Assembly: GCA_965116495.1 (NCBI GenBank) | Contig: OZ220696.1 | Span: 1,920,001 to 1,984,000 of the forward strand | Length of the DNA stretch: 64,000 nt | Source of the DNA: Gammaproteobacteria bacterium | GTDB lineage: Bacteria; Pseudomonadota; Gammaproteobacteria; Eutrophobiales; Eutrophobiaceae | Direction: 5' to 3' | Shown: positions 30,697-39,296 of the stretch, in pieces | Numbering within the stretch: position 1 is the first letter of the stretch | How the letters are laid out: the number at the start of each line of letters is the position of its first letter | The notes under the pieces: generated by a model | What the model saw: only the letters and a program-made list of their open reading frames with translations | The model's database searches: none | What the model was told of the DNA's origin: nothing | Translations under genes and position numbers: made by a program

Positions 30697-31783
30697 GCCG
30701 CACTTTCTGTTGTCCGCGCTGTCCGGCGCCGCCCTGCTCAAGGCGGCGGCTATGCTGCTGGTGTTTACCGGCGGGTTGTTCCTGGGTTCCATGCTGCTGC
30801 CCGGACGCCGGATTGCCGGGACGGACCTGGAGGGAACACCACACGAATACAGGCTCAACGGCCTCGCCCTGTTCCTGGCAACCGTGATTGCGGCAGGTCT
30901 CGTCCAGGTCTCCGGCTGGTTCTCACTTTCCACGTTGTATACCCACTTTGCCGCCTTGTTCGTGGCGGCCAACGTACTTGCATTTGCGCTTGCCGCCTGG
31001 CTGTATTACCGGGCCGCCCTGACCCGGGACTCAGCGCCGGGAATCCGGCCGAGCTTCTTCTATGGCGTGGAGTTCAATCCAACCGTGCTCGGGGTGGATT
31101 TGAAGCTTTTCAGCTACCGCCCGTCCCTCATCGGCCTGGCGCTGTTCAACGCATCGTTCGCCGTAGTGCAATACGAGACCTACGGCGGGCTGACCCTGGC
31201 AATGGCGCTGTACCAGGTCTTCACCTTCTGCTACGTGCTCAACTACTTCCAGTTCGAATACGGCATGACCCACACCTGGGACATGGTCAGCGAGCGCTTC
31301 GGCTGGATGCTGATCTGGGGGGACTACGTGCTGGTGCCGTTTTTCTATTGTCTCGCCGGCTGGTGGCTGGTCCACGCACAGCAACCGCTGTCTCTAATCG
31401 CCACCGCGGCGATCGTCATGTTGTTCATCATTGGCTTCTGGCTGTTCCGCGGCGCCAACGAGCAAAAACACCGCTTCAAGCGCAATCCCGGCGTGTCGAT
31501 CTGGGGACAACCCGCCCGGTCGCTGGACGGGCGCCTGCTGGTCTCCGGATTCTGGGGGATCGGACGGCATCTCAACTATACCGGTGAGATCTGCATCTAC
31601 CTCGCGTTCGCCCTCACCACGGGGTTCGGATCCTGGGTGCCTTACCTGTTGCCCGCGTGGCTGGCGCTCCTGTTGTGGCATCGCTCAAAACGTGACGATC
31701 GCCGCTGCCGCGCCAAGTACGGCGAACTGTGGGGACGCTACACGCAGCGGGTGCGGTATTCAATGCTGCCGTATGTCTACTAA
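30680..31783 (+). CDS. ERG4/ERG24 family sterol reductase (probable delta14 reductase)
   Basis: FYGVEFNP, ERFGWMLIWGD, LLVSGFWGIGRHLNYTGE and RDDRRCRAKYG; multi-transmembrane protein. Confidence 0.9.
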   Translation: MMPGPEPHFLLSALSGAALLKAAAMLLVFTGGLFLGSMLLPGRRIAGTDLEGTPHEYRLNGLALFLATVIAAGLVQVSGWFSLSTLYTHFAALFVAANVLAFALAAWLYYRAALTRDSAPGIRPSFFYGVEFNPTVLGVDLKLFSYRPSLIGLALFNASFAVVQYETYGGLTLAMALYQVFTFCYVLNYFQFEYGMTHTWDMVSERFGWMLIWGDYVLVPFFYCLAGWWLVHAQQPLSLIATAAIVMLFIIGFWLFRGANEQKHRFKRNPGVSIWGQPARSLDGRLLVSGFWGIGRHLNYTGEICIYLAFALTTGFGSWVPYLLPAWLALLLWHRSKRDDRRCRAKYGELWGRYTQRVRYSMLPYVY

Positions 31784-31789
31784 CCCGCA

Positions 31790-33199
31790 ATGTCACAGCA
31801 ATCCGACAGCGTAGCCAGCCTGCATTCGGTGCAACCCCCGCCGCGGGCGGCAACAGCCGTTCCCTTGATCGGGGGCGGATGGCCGTTAATCGGCCACCTG
31901 CCGGGCTTCCTGAAGGATCCGGTCTCGATGTTGAGCCGCGGCTGGCGCGAACAGGGTGAACTCGTCCGGTTCCGTATCGGTCCCCGTAATTTTGTCCTGT
32001 TCACCGGACCCGAGGCCCACGACTTTTTCTTCAGGGCGCCTGAGGATCAGCTGAACGCCAAAGCCGTCTACCAGTTTACGGTACCCATCTTCGGACGCGG
32101 CGTGGCATACGACGTCGCCCCCGCGATCATGGCCGAGCAGCTTGAGTTCCTGTACCCGGCGCTGCGCGAATCCGCGATGAACAGGTTCGCCCGCATCATG
32201 TTCGATGAGACGGACCGCTTCGCCGACTCTCTTGGCGAGGAAGGAGAAATCGACCTGCCGACGGCGATGAACGAACTCACCGTCAACATCGCCAGCCGCT
32301 GCCTCATCGGGGAGGAAGTCCGGGAGCAGGTGGACTCGGGTTTTGCCGATGCTTACCACAACCTGCAAAACGGCATCAACACCCTGGGATTTTTTCTCCC
32401 CAGGCTTCCTGTCGCAGCGCATCGAAGCCGCGACCGGGCCCGGCAAAAAGTGGCCGAGATTTTCAGCCGGGTCATGGCGGAACGCCGGCGCGCCGGGGCC
32501 CGTCCCGACGATTTCATGCAGACGCTCATGGACGCCCGTTACAAGGATGGCCGCGCCTTGAGCGACGACGAGATTACCGGGATCCTGCTGACGGTGTTGT
32601 TCGCGGGCCAGCACACGAGCGCGGTGCTGTCAACCTGGACCGGCCTGGAACTCGCGAGAGAATCGTCATACCTGGCGCTGATAAGGGACGAAATGCAGGA
32701 CGTCTACCGCGAGGAAGGAACCATGGGCCTGGCGAGCCTGAAGCGGCAGGTGGCGCTGGAACACGCCGTGCGTGAGAACGAACGGCTGCACCCGCCGCTG
32801 ATCATGCTGATTCGCAAGGTGCTCAAAGACGTGGAATACCGGGGATATACCATCCCTGCAGGCACCCTGGCACTGGTATCGCCGGCGGTCTCGCACCGGC
32901 TGCCGCACTTATTTCACGACCCGGACCGGTTCTATCCGCAGCGTTTTGCCGCGCCCGCCAGCGAAGACAAACAACACCACTACGCACTGATCGGTTTCGG
33001 CGGCGGTAAACACCGGTGCATGGGTAAGAATTTCGCCATCATGCAACTGAAAGCGATCTGGTCTGTGCTGCTCGACCGCTTCGATGTTCATCTCGACACG
33101 GCATTTCCTGCGCCGAATTACGGCAGCTGGGTGACCGGACCGCAGGAGCCTTGCCGGCTCCGCTACCGGCGCCGCACACAGGCAAGCGTGTTCCGGTGA
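31790..33199 (+). CDS. cyp51: Cytochrome P450 CYP51 (sterol 14alpha-demethylase)
   Basis: YQFTVPIFGRGVAYD (CYP51 B'/C region), LFAGQHTS I-helix, ExxR and heme motif FGGGKHRCMG. Confidence 0.9.
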   Translation: MSQQSDSVASLHSVQPPPRAATAVPLIGGGWPLIGHLPGFLKDPVSMLSRGWREQGELVRFRIGPRNFVLFTGPEAHDFFFRAPEDQLNAKAVYQFTVPIFGRGVAYDVAPAIMAEQLEFLYPALRESAMNRFARIMFDETDRFADSLGEEGEIDLPTAMNELTVNIASRCLIGEEVREQVDSGFADAYHNLQNGINTLGFFLPRLPVAAHRSRDRARQKVAEIFSRVMAERRRAGARPDDFMQTLMDARYKDGRALSDDEITGILLTVLFAGQHTSAVLSTWTGLELARESSYLALIRDEMQDVYREEGTMGLASLKRQVALEHAVRENERLHPPLIMLIRKVLKDVEYRGYTIPAGTLALVSPAVSHRLPHLFHDPDRFYPQRFAAPASEDKQHHYALIGFGGGKHRCMGKNFAIMQLKAIWSVLLDRFDVHLDTAFPAPNYGSWVTGPQEPCRLRYRRRTQASVFR

Positions 33200-36100
33200 A
33201 CGGCGTCGCTCCACAACGCTGTGACGCAGCCATCGTCGGCGCGGGTCCGGTGGGCAGCCTGTGCGCGCTTGCTCACGCACGCAAAGGCGCCCGGGTGGCT
33301 CTGCTCGAGGCAAACCCCCAGGCATCCCTGCGACTGGCGGGCGAATGGCTGCACCCGCCTGCCGTGCGGATGCTGCGCGCTGTGGGTGTCGAGCTCAATG
33401 CGCAGCACGACTACCCCACCGGTAAAGGGTTCGCGGTGTTCCCTGAAGACGGTTCGGAGCCGATAATGTTCCCTTATACCGACGGGTCGCGCGGGCTGGC
33501 ATGCGAGCACAACCTGCTCGTCTCAAGTCTGCGTGAAGCTGTCAGCAACGAGCCGAATATCGACTTTATGCTGCACGCACGGGTACGTGCGGTCGAAGAC
33601 GGACGCATCACTTTTACCCGTAACGGCACCACTGAAACCGTGACTGCCACGCGTATTGTAGGCGCCGACGGGCAGGCCTCGATCGTGCGTAAATCGCTGG
33701 GTTTATCGACCAACCCGATGATCTGCTCGCAGACGGTGGGGGTCATCGTAAAAGGGGTGAGCTTGCCGCTGGAGGGTTATGGACACGTGGTGCTTGGCGG
33801 GCCGGGTCCAATCCTCATATACCGCCTGGGAGAGGATTGCGTCCGCATTATCGCCGATGTCCCGCTGGACCGCACGACCCCCCGGGACCGAATCGGTTTT
33901 TTGTCGGACTCATATTCCGGCCTGTTGCCGGAAACCCTCAGGCCTGCGTTTGTCGAAGCGCTGCGCGCTGGAGACTTCCACGTCGCGGCCAACAAGCTGA
34001 GACCGCATGTCACGTACGGCAGCCCGCACCGGGTGCTTATCGGCGATGCGGCCGGACACTACCATCCCATGACGGCGATGGGGATGACCTTCGGTTTCGG
34101 CGATGCGCTTACGCTGGCCGGCAACGGGGATTTTCACGATTTCACCACCAGGCGCTTCCGGGCAACCCGCGCGCCGGCGTTCCTCGCCATGGGGTTGTAT
34201 GAGTGCTTTGCCGATTACCGGGCCGAGGCGGTGGCGGTCAGGCATACGATCTACCGGAGCGCCCGGGCAAGTTCCGGGTACCGCGACCAGACAATCCGTT
34301 TACTCGCCTGTGAAGACACATCGATAACCCGCCTGGGTCTGGCATTTTTCACGACGGTTGCACGCACGGTTGCCGGGCAGATACCGCGCTCCTGCGACCT
34401 GCTCGCCTGGCGCCGGTTCCGCGACATCATGCGTGCGCTGGCGGTTCGTTGCGGGTGGCTCCTGCGCAGCGTCCGGCGGCTGGCCAAGGCGAGAAACGCG
34501 GGCGTGGAAATGGACGGGCGAGTATGGGACAGCCTGGCCGGTATTTTTCTCATCTCCATGCCGGCGAAAGTCCGCGCCCCCAGGCTGGTCCGCCCGAGGG
34601 AGATTGCGCCACCCGATGCGGGTCCGGCATTGCTCAGCGCGACCGAACGCCTGATAAATCTTCAGGATGAGGACGGCGGCTGGGAAGGCGAGATGGTCTG
34701 GTGTCCCATGCTCACCGCGCAATACGTACTGCTGCACCACGTTATCGGGCGGCCGCTCGAACCCGGCCGGCGCAGGAGTGTACTGCGTTTCTTCGAACGG
34801 ACCCGCCTGGCAGGAGGCTCATGGGGTTTACACGATCACTCGCCCCCCCACCTGTTTGTCACCACCCTGGTTTATGTCGCGGCGCGATTAGTCGGTGCCG
34901 AGCGGGATGATCCGTTAATCGAGCCGGCCCGGCGCTTCCTGCAGACAGAGGGGGTTACCGGTATCCCGAGCTGGGGGAAGTTCTGGCTGGCGCTGCTCAA
35001 TCTCTACGACTGGCGCGGGGTACACGCGGTGCTGCCGGAACTCTGGAGCCTGCCGCGCCGGGTCCCGTTGCATCCCTCGAACTGGTACTGCCATACCCGG
35101 CTCATTTACATGGCGATGGCGTCGATTTACCCGCACCGGTACACGGCGCCGGTCACGCCCCTGGTCTCCTCGTTACGGGAAGAGTTATATCCCCAGGGGT
35201 TTGCCAACATCGATTTTTCCGCCACACGCCATGAATTGCGGGACGCCGACCTGTATGCGCGACCCAGCGTATGGCTCCGGGCCGGCTACGAGTTTGCGCG
35301 TCTGTTCGAACGGATTCACAGCAAACGCCTGCGCTCCCGCTGCACGGAAGAGATAATCCGGCTCATCAAATGGGAACTGCAGACAACCAGCCACACGAGT
35401 ATCTCTCCGGTCAGCGGCCTGCTCAATATCCTTTCCCTGTGGCTGCGTGATCCGGACGACGCCGACGCCGGACAGGCGCTCTCGCAACTGGATGGCTGGC
35501 TCTGGGAAGACGAGGAACAGGGAGCCCGGGTCACCGGCGCGAGAAGCGCCTCCTGGGATACCGGCTTCGCTTTGCAGGCGCTGGCGGCAGTGCCCGGGCC
35601 CGGCGAAGTGGAAAACGCTTCCCTCCGGAATGGAGCCAATTTCCTGTACGAACAACAAATCGATACTAGCTTCGAAGGGTTTCGCGAGGCTTATCGTATT
35701 GACCCCAAAGGCGGCTGGTGTTTTGCCGGGGGCTGGCACGGCTGGCCGGTTACCGACTGTACCGCGGAAGCGGTGCTGGGAATTATTGCGGCCAAGGGCG
35801 AGGCCGCGGATGCAACCGTGCTCGGCGATGCGGTCCGCTTCATGTTGCGCGGCCAGAACCGCGACGGCGGTTTCGGCAGCTACGAGGCGCGCCGCACCGT
35901 GACAGGTCTCGAGTGGTTGAACCCGGCCGAGATGTTCGGCGACTCGATGACCGAACATTCCTATGTGGAGTGCACCGCGTCCTGTCTTGCGGCGTTCGCC
36001 GCCTGCAGGGAGCACTTCCCGCAAACCACGGACCAGGCGCTGACGAGCGCCATTTCACGGGGTGACGCCTGGCTGCGCCGGACCCAGGCGGTCGACGGTT

Positions 36101-36603
36101 CCTGGCGCGGTGTATGGGGCGTTCAGTTTATCTACGGCACCTTTTTCGGGATCAGGGGTCTGCTTGCCGCCGGGGCCCGGCCCGGTGATCCGGCGCTGCG
36201 CCTGGCCTGCCAGTGGCTGCTGGAGCGCCAGCGCAGGGACGGGGGTTGGGGTGAGCACCACAGCGGCTGCACGACCGGGCGCTACGTCGCACACGAGGAA
36301 AGCCAGGTCATCCAGACCGCGTGGGCATTGATTGCACTGCTGGAGGCAAGCGATCCGAACTGGAGCGCGATTTCACGGGGCGCCCGCTATCTGCTCAACG
36401 CCCGGAACGCGGACGGGTCCTGGCCAAAACAGGACATGGCCGGGGTCTTCTTCCGCACGGCGCTCCTGGATTACGTCCTGTACCGGCAGTATTTTCCCCT
36501 GCACGCACTCGGTCTCTATGAGCAGCGGCGGCTGGCCCGGGTGGATTTGACAGCCCCCGTTCCCTCCGCCGATGTGAAACTGGCTGAAGCAGCAGGTTCG
36601 TAG
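33196..36603 (+). CDS. Squalene epoxidase-oxidosqualene cyclase fusion protein
   Basis: N-terminal flavin monooxygenase (GAGPVG, RLAGEWLHP, VGADG, GDAAGHYHPMTAMGMT) and C-terminal type II triterpene cyclase (QW repeats, PSWGKFWL, YCHTR, DCTAE at 35755-35769). Start taken at GTG 33196, a GTGA overlap with the cyp51 stop. Confidence 0.9.
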   Translation: MNGVAPQRCDAAIVGAGPVGSLCALAHARKGARVALLEANPQASLRLAGEWLHPPAVRMLRAVGVELNAQHDYPTGKGFAVFPEDGSEPIMFPYTDGSRGLACEHNLLVSSLREAVSNEPNIDFMLHARVRAVEDGRITFTRNGTTETVTATRIVGADGQASIVRKSLGLSTNPMICSQTVGVIVKGVSLPLEGYGHVVLGGPGPILIYRLGEDCVRIIADVPLDRTTPRDRIGFLSDSYSGLLPETLRPAFVEALRAGDFHVAANKLRPHVTYGSPHRVLIGDAAGHYHPMTAMGMTFGFGDALTLAGNGDFHDFTTRRFRATRAPAFLAMGLYECFADYRAEAVAVRHTIYRSARASSGYRDQTIRLLACEDTSITRLGLAFFTTVARTVAGQIPRSCDLLAWRRFRDIMRALAVRCGWLLRSVRRLAKARNAGVEMDGRVWDSLAGIFLISMPAKVRAPRLVRPREIAPPDAGPALLSATERLINLQDEDGGWEGEMVWCPMLTAQYVLLHHVIGRPLEPGRRRSVLRFFERTRLAGGSWGLHDHSPPHLFVTTLVYVAARLVGAERDDPLIEPARRFLQTEGVTGIPSWGKFWLALLNLYDWRGVHAVLPELWSLPRRVPLHPSNWYCHTRLIYMAMASIYPHRYTAPVTPLVSSLREELYPQGFANIDFSATRHELRDADLYARPSVWLRAGYEFARLFERIHSKRLRSRCTEEIIRLIKWELQTTSHTSISPVSGLLNILSLWLRDPDDADAGQALSQLDGWLWEDEEQGARVTGARSASWDTGFALQALAAVPGPGEVENASLRNGANFLYEQQIDTSFEGFREAYRIDPKGGWCFAGGWHGWPVTDCTAEAVLGIIAAKGEAADATVLGDAVRFMLRGQNRDGGFGSYEARRTVTGLEWLNPAEMFGDSMTEHSYVECTASCLAAFAACREHFPQTTDQALTSAISRGDAWLRRTQAVDGSWRGVWGVQFIYGTFFGIRGLLAAGARPGDPALRLACQWLLERQRRDGGWGEHHSGCTTGRYVAHEESQVIQTAWALIALLEASDPNWSAISRGARYLLNARNADGSWPKQDMAGVFFRTALLDYVLYRQYFPLHALGLYEQRRLARVDLTAPVPSADVKLAEAAGS

Positions 36604-36680
36604 AAGCTCAATCCAGGGAGCGGCATGAAGAGAAATAATGAGATGATCTATAATAGATTACCGCTAGTGAGAGTACATTC

Positions 36681-37706
36681 ATGGCAACGCGTTTGATTAA
36701 GAATCTGGCGAGCACGGTTAACTGGCAGCATGTGGCGAAGCGCTCCAGGGGATATGTCGAGCGGTTCTCACCCACGGAACGGAAAAAACTGAAAGACGGG
36801 ACATTCGACTACATGGGGTTGACCCGGGACTACTACGACCTGGCAACCGCATTCTACGAGTACGGATGGGGGGAGTCTTTTCACTTTGCCCCGCTTTACC
36901 CGGACAAACCGTTCAAGGAGTCGATCCGGCTCCACGAGATGTACCTGGCAGACGTGCTGGACATAGAGCCGGGTATGCGGGTGCTGGATATCGGTTGCGG
37001 TATCGGCGGGCCCCTGGTCGCCATCGCCAGGCACACAAACGCCGCTATCGTCGGGCTTAACAACAACCATTCCCAGGTTGAAAAAGCGCGCGCCAGAACT
37101 GCGAATGCGAACCTGGATCCGCCGGCCGAATTTATCGTCGGTGATTTCATGCACATCGATGCGCCGGATGCGAGCTTTGACAGGGCTTATAATATCGAGG
37201 CCATGGCGCACGCCACGAGCAAGGCCGCGGCCTATGCCGAGGCCTACCGGATTCTCAAGCCCGGAGGGCTGTTCGCTTCCTACGAATGGTGTATGACTTC
37301 AAGGTTCGACCCCGCCAATGCGGACCATCAACATATAAAGCGCGAGATCATGATCGGCAATGCACTGCCCGATATCAGCACGTTTGAGGACGTTGACCGC
37401 GCGCTGGAGGAAGCCGGCTTTGAAATCCTGGTGAACGATGACTTGGCGGAGACCATCGATACCGGTGTGCCCTGGCACAAGGCGCTGGGAGCGCAGAAGT
37501 TCACGCCCCTGGATTTCCTGAAGACGCCGGTCGGGCAGCAGGTCACGGCGAAGATGCTGTGGCTGTTTGAACGCATCGGGCTGGCGCCCAGGGGTTCGCA
37601 CCAGGTCGCAACCATTCTCAACCGGGGCGCGGACGGCCTGTCGGCAGGCGGCAAACTGGGTGTCTTCACGCCCATGTATTTTACGGTGGGGCGTAAGGCG
37701 GGCTGA
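36681..37706 (+). CDS. Sterol C-24 methyltransferase (ERG6/SMT family)
   Basis: YYDLATAFYEYGWGESFHF (SMT region I), LDIGCGIGGP, IEAMAHA, LKPGG...YEW and C-terminal FTPMY. Confidence 0.9.
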   Translation: MATRLIKNLASTVNWQHVAKRSRGYVERFSPTERKKLKDGTFDYMGLTRDYYDLATAFYEYGWGESFHFAPLYPDKPFKESIRLHEMYLADVLDIEPGMRVLDIGCGIGGPLVAIARHTNAAIVGLNNNHSQVEKARARTANANLDPPAEFIVGDFMHIDAPDASFDRAYNIEAMAHATSKAAAYAEAYRILKPGGLFASYEWCMTSRFDPANADHQHIKREIMIGNALPDISTFEDVDRALEEAGFEILVNDDLAETIDTGVPWHKALGAQKFTPLDFLKTPVGQQVTAKMLWLFERIGLAPRGSHQVATILNRGADGLSAGGKLGVFTPMYFTVGRKAG

Positions 37707-37709
37707 AAG

Positions 37710-37830
37710 CTATCCCGCATTTACCAACACATCACCACCTGGCGAACGAATAAGACGTTCCAGGGTAGCGGCCTTGGTACCGTGGCGCGGATCAAGCATA
37801 TGGCGCACCTCGCTCTCTTTCAGATCCAGG
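37710..37830 (-). pseudogene. C-terminal remnant of a HicB-like antitoxin
   Basis: Manual translation LDLKESEVRHMLDPRHGTKAATLERLIRSPGGDVLVNAG* resembles the EVRRxLDPxHxTK tail of HicB-HTH proteins; no N-terminal half is present. Confidence 0.5.
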
Positions 37831-38013
37831 GAAAGGTACTTAAACGACGAATTTACCACCATAGCTATAGAGATCTTCAGTTTAGCCGATAAATCTTCAT
37901 CCTAGTCATATTCTGAATATAATACGACATTCTAAACTAGCACTGACGGACGCATAATCCATTTAAGAACTATCACTCAAAACTCCTCTTATCACAGATA
38001 AAAGCTTCTGAAT

Positions 38014-39234
38014 ATGTTTATTTATACCCTGGCAACCATGGACACAAAGGGAGACGAGATTTGTTTCGTCGCTGACAAAATCAGTCAGACCGGGATAAAG
38101 GTTAAAATTGTTGATGTTGGAACGGCAAACAACCCGCAAAGACCCCCCGATATCGGTAAAGAGACAATTGCAGCATGTCATGCCAAGGGAGCACGACATG
38201 TACTGGATCAGAATGATCGGGGAATTGCCGTAAAAGCAATGGGCGAAGCCCTGGAAAACTTTTTGCTGCAAGAACATAACGAGAACAGAATTGCAGGCGT
38301 CATTGGTATCGGCGGCTCTGGTGGAACCTCATTGATATCGAGAGGTATGAGGGCCTTACCAATCGGTCTTCCCAAACTACTGGTATCGACTGTTGCCAGC
38401 GGAAACACCCAACCTTATATAGATTGTAGTGATATTACGATGATGTATTCGGTGGTAGATATTGCCGGCTTAAATAACGTATCCGAAGTCATCCTGAATA
38501 ACGCAGCTCAAGCGCTCAGCGGCATGGTAATTAACTATTCACGGCCCGAGACAGAAAAGAGGGCCATTGGAATGACCATGTTCGGTGTGACGACCCCTTG
38601 TGTGGACGCAGTGCGAAAAAAACTGGAGTCCCAGGGAAAGGACTGTCTTGTTTTTCATGCAACGGGTACTGGTGGGCGAGCTATGGAAAGTCTGGTAAAC
38701 AGCAGCTACATCGATCAGGTTTTGGATATTACAACAACAGAGGTAGCTGATGAAATTGTAGGTGGCGTATTTCCCTGTGGAGAGCATCGCTTCAATAGCG
38801 TTGTGCAAAACCGTATACCTTGCGTAATGAGTCTGGGAGCATTGGACATGGTGAATTTTGGTGGCCTCGAAACCGTACCTGAAAAATTCAAAAACCGTAG
38901 TTTGTATGTACACAATCCGGAAGTAACCTTAATGCGCACAAACGTGGAGGAATGTATAGCTATAGCAAAATGGATGGCTGCCAGGATAAATGAAAGCAAG
39001 GCGCGATTTACACTTGTCATCCCTGAAGGTGGCGTATCAATGCTTGATGCCCCAGGGCAACCTTTCTTCGATACTGAAGCTGACGAGGCCCTGTTTAATA
39101 CTCTGGAAGAGACTGTTGAGCAAAATAAAGAACGAAAAATACTGCGCTCATCTCATAACATTAATGATCCGGAATTTGCTGAAGTGCTACTAGATGCTTT
39201 AGCTGATGTGTTGGACATGAACGGTACTCCATAA
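38014..39234 (+). CDS. Tm-1-like ATP-binding domain protein (UPF0261)
   Basis: TMDTKGDE, GGSGGT, LPKLLVST, TMFGVTT, FHATGTGG and GALDMVNF. Confidence 0.9.
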   Translation: MFIYTLATMDTKGDEICFVADKISQTGIKVKIVDVGTANNPQRPPDIGKETIAACHAKGARHVLDQNDRGIAVKAMGEALENFLLQEHNENRIAGVIGIGGSGGTSLISRGMRALPIGLPKLLVSTVASGNTQPYIDCSDITMMYSVVDIAGLNNVSEVILNNAAQALSGMVINYSRPETEKRAIGMTMFGVTTPCVDAVRKKLESQGKDCLVFHATGTGGRAMESLVNSSYIDQVLDITTTEVADEIVGGVFPCGEHRFNSVVQNRIPCVMSLGALDMVNFGGLETVPEKFKNRSLYVHNPEVTLMRTNVEECIAIAKWMAARINESKARFTLVIPEGGVSMLDAPGQPFFDTEADEALFNTLEETVEQNKERKILRSSHNINDPEFAEVLLDALADVLDMNGTP

Positions 39235-39251
39235 CTTTGCTGTGTAAATTC

Positions 39252-39275
39252 GGGGACAGAATTAATTCTGTCCCC
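39252..39275. repeat. Perfect 24-bp palindrome (REP-like)
   Basis: GGGGACAGAATTAATTCTGTCCCC; same family as 12943-12966. Confidence 0.7.
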
Positions 39276-39296
39276 AGCAAGCTCAAATGATAGCGA

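Noticed and set aside
34620-36603. Squalene-hopene cyclase / hopanoid cluster interpretation
   Set aside because: The catalytic motif is DCTAE, not DXDD, and the neighbours are epoxidase, CYP51, sterol reductase and SMT.
28470-37706. Eukaryotic contamination
   Set aside because: No introns, overlapping operon-style junctions, and contiguity with bacterial genes. Chimeric assembly still needs a read-level check.
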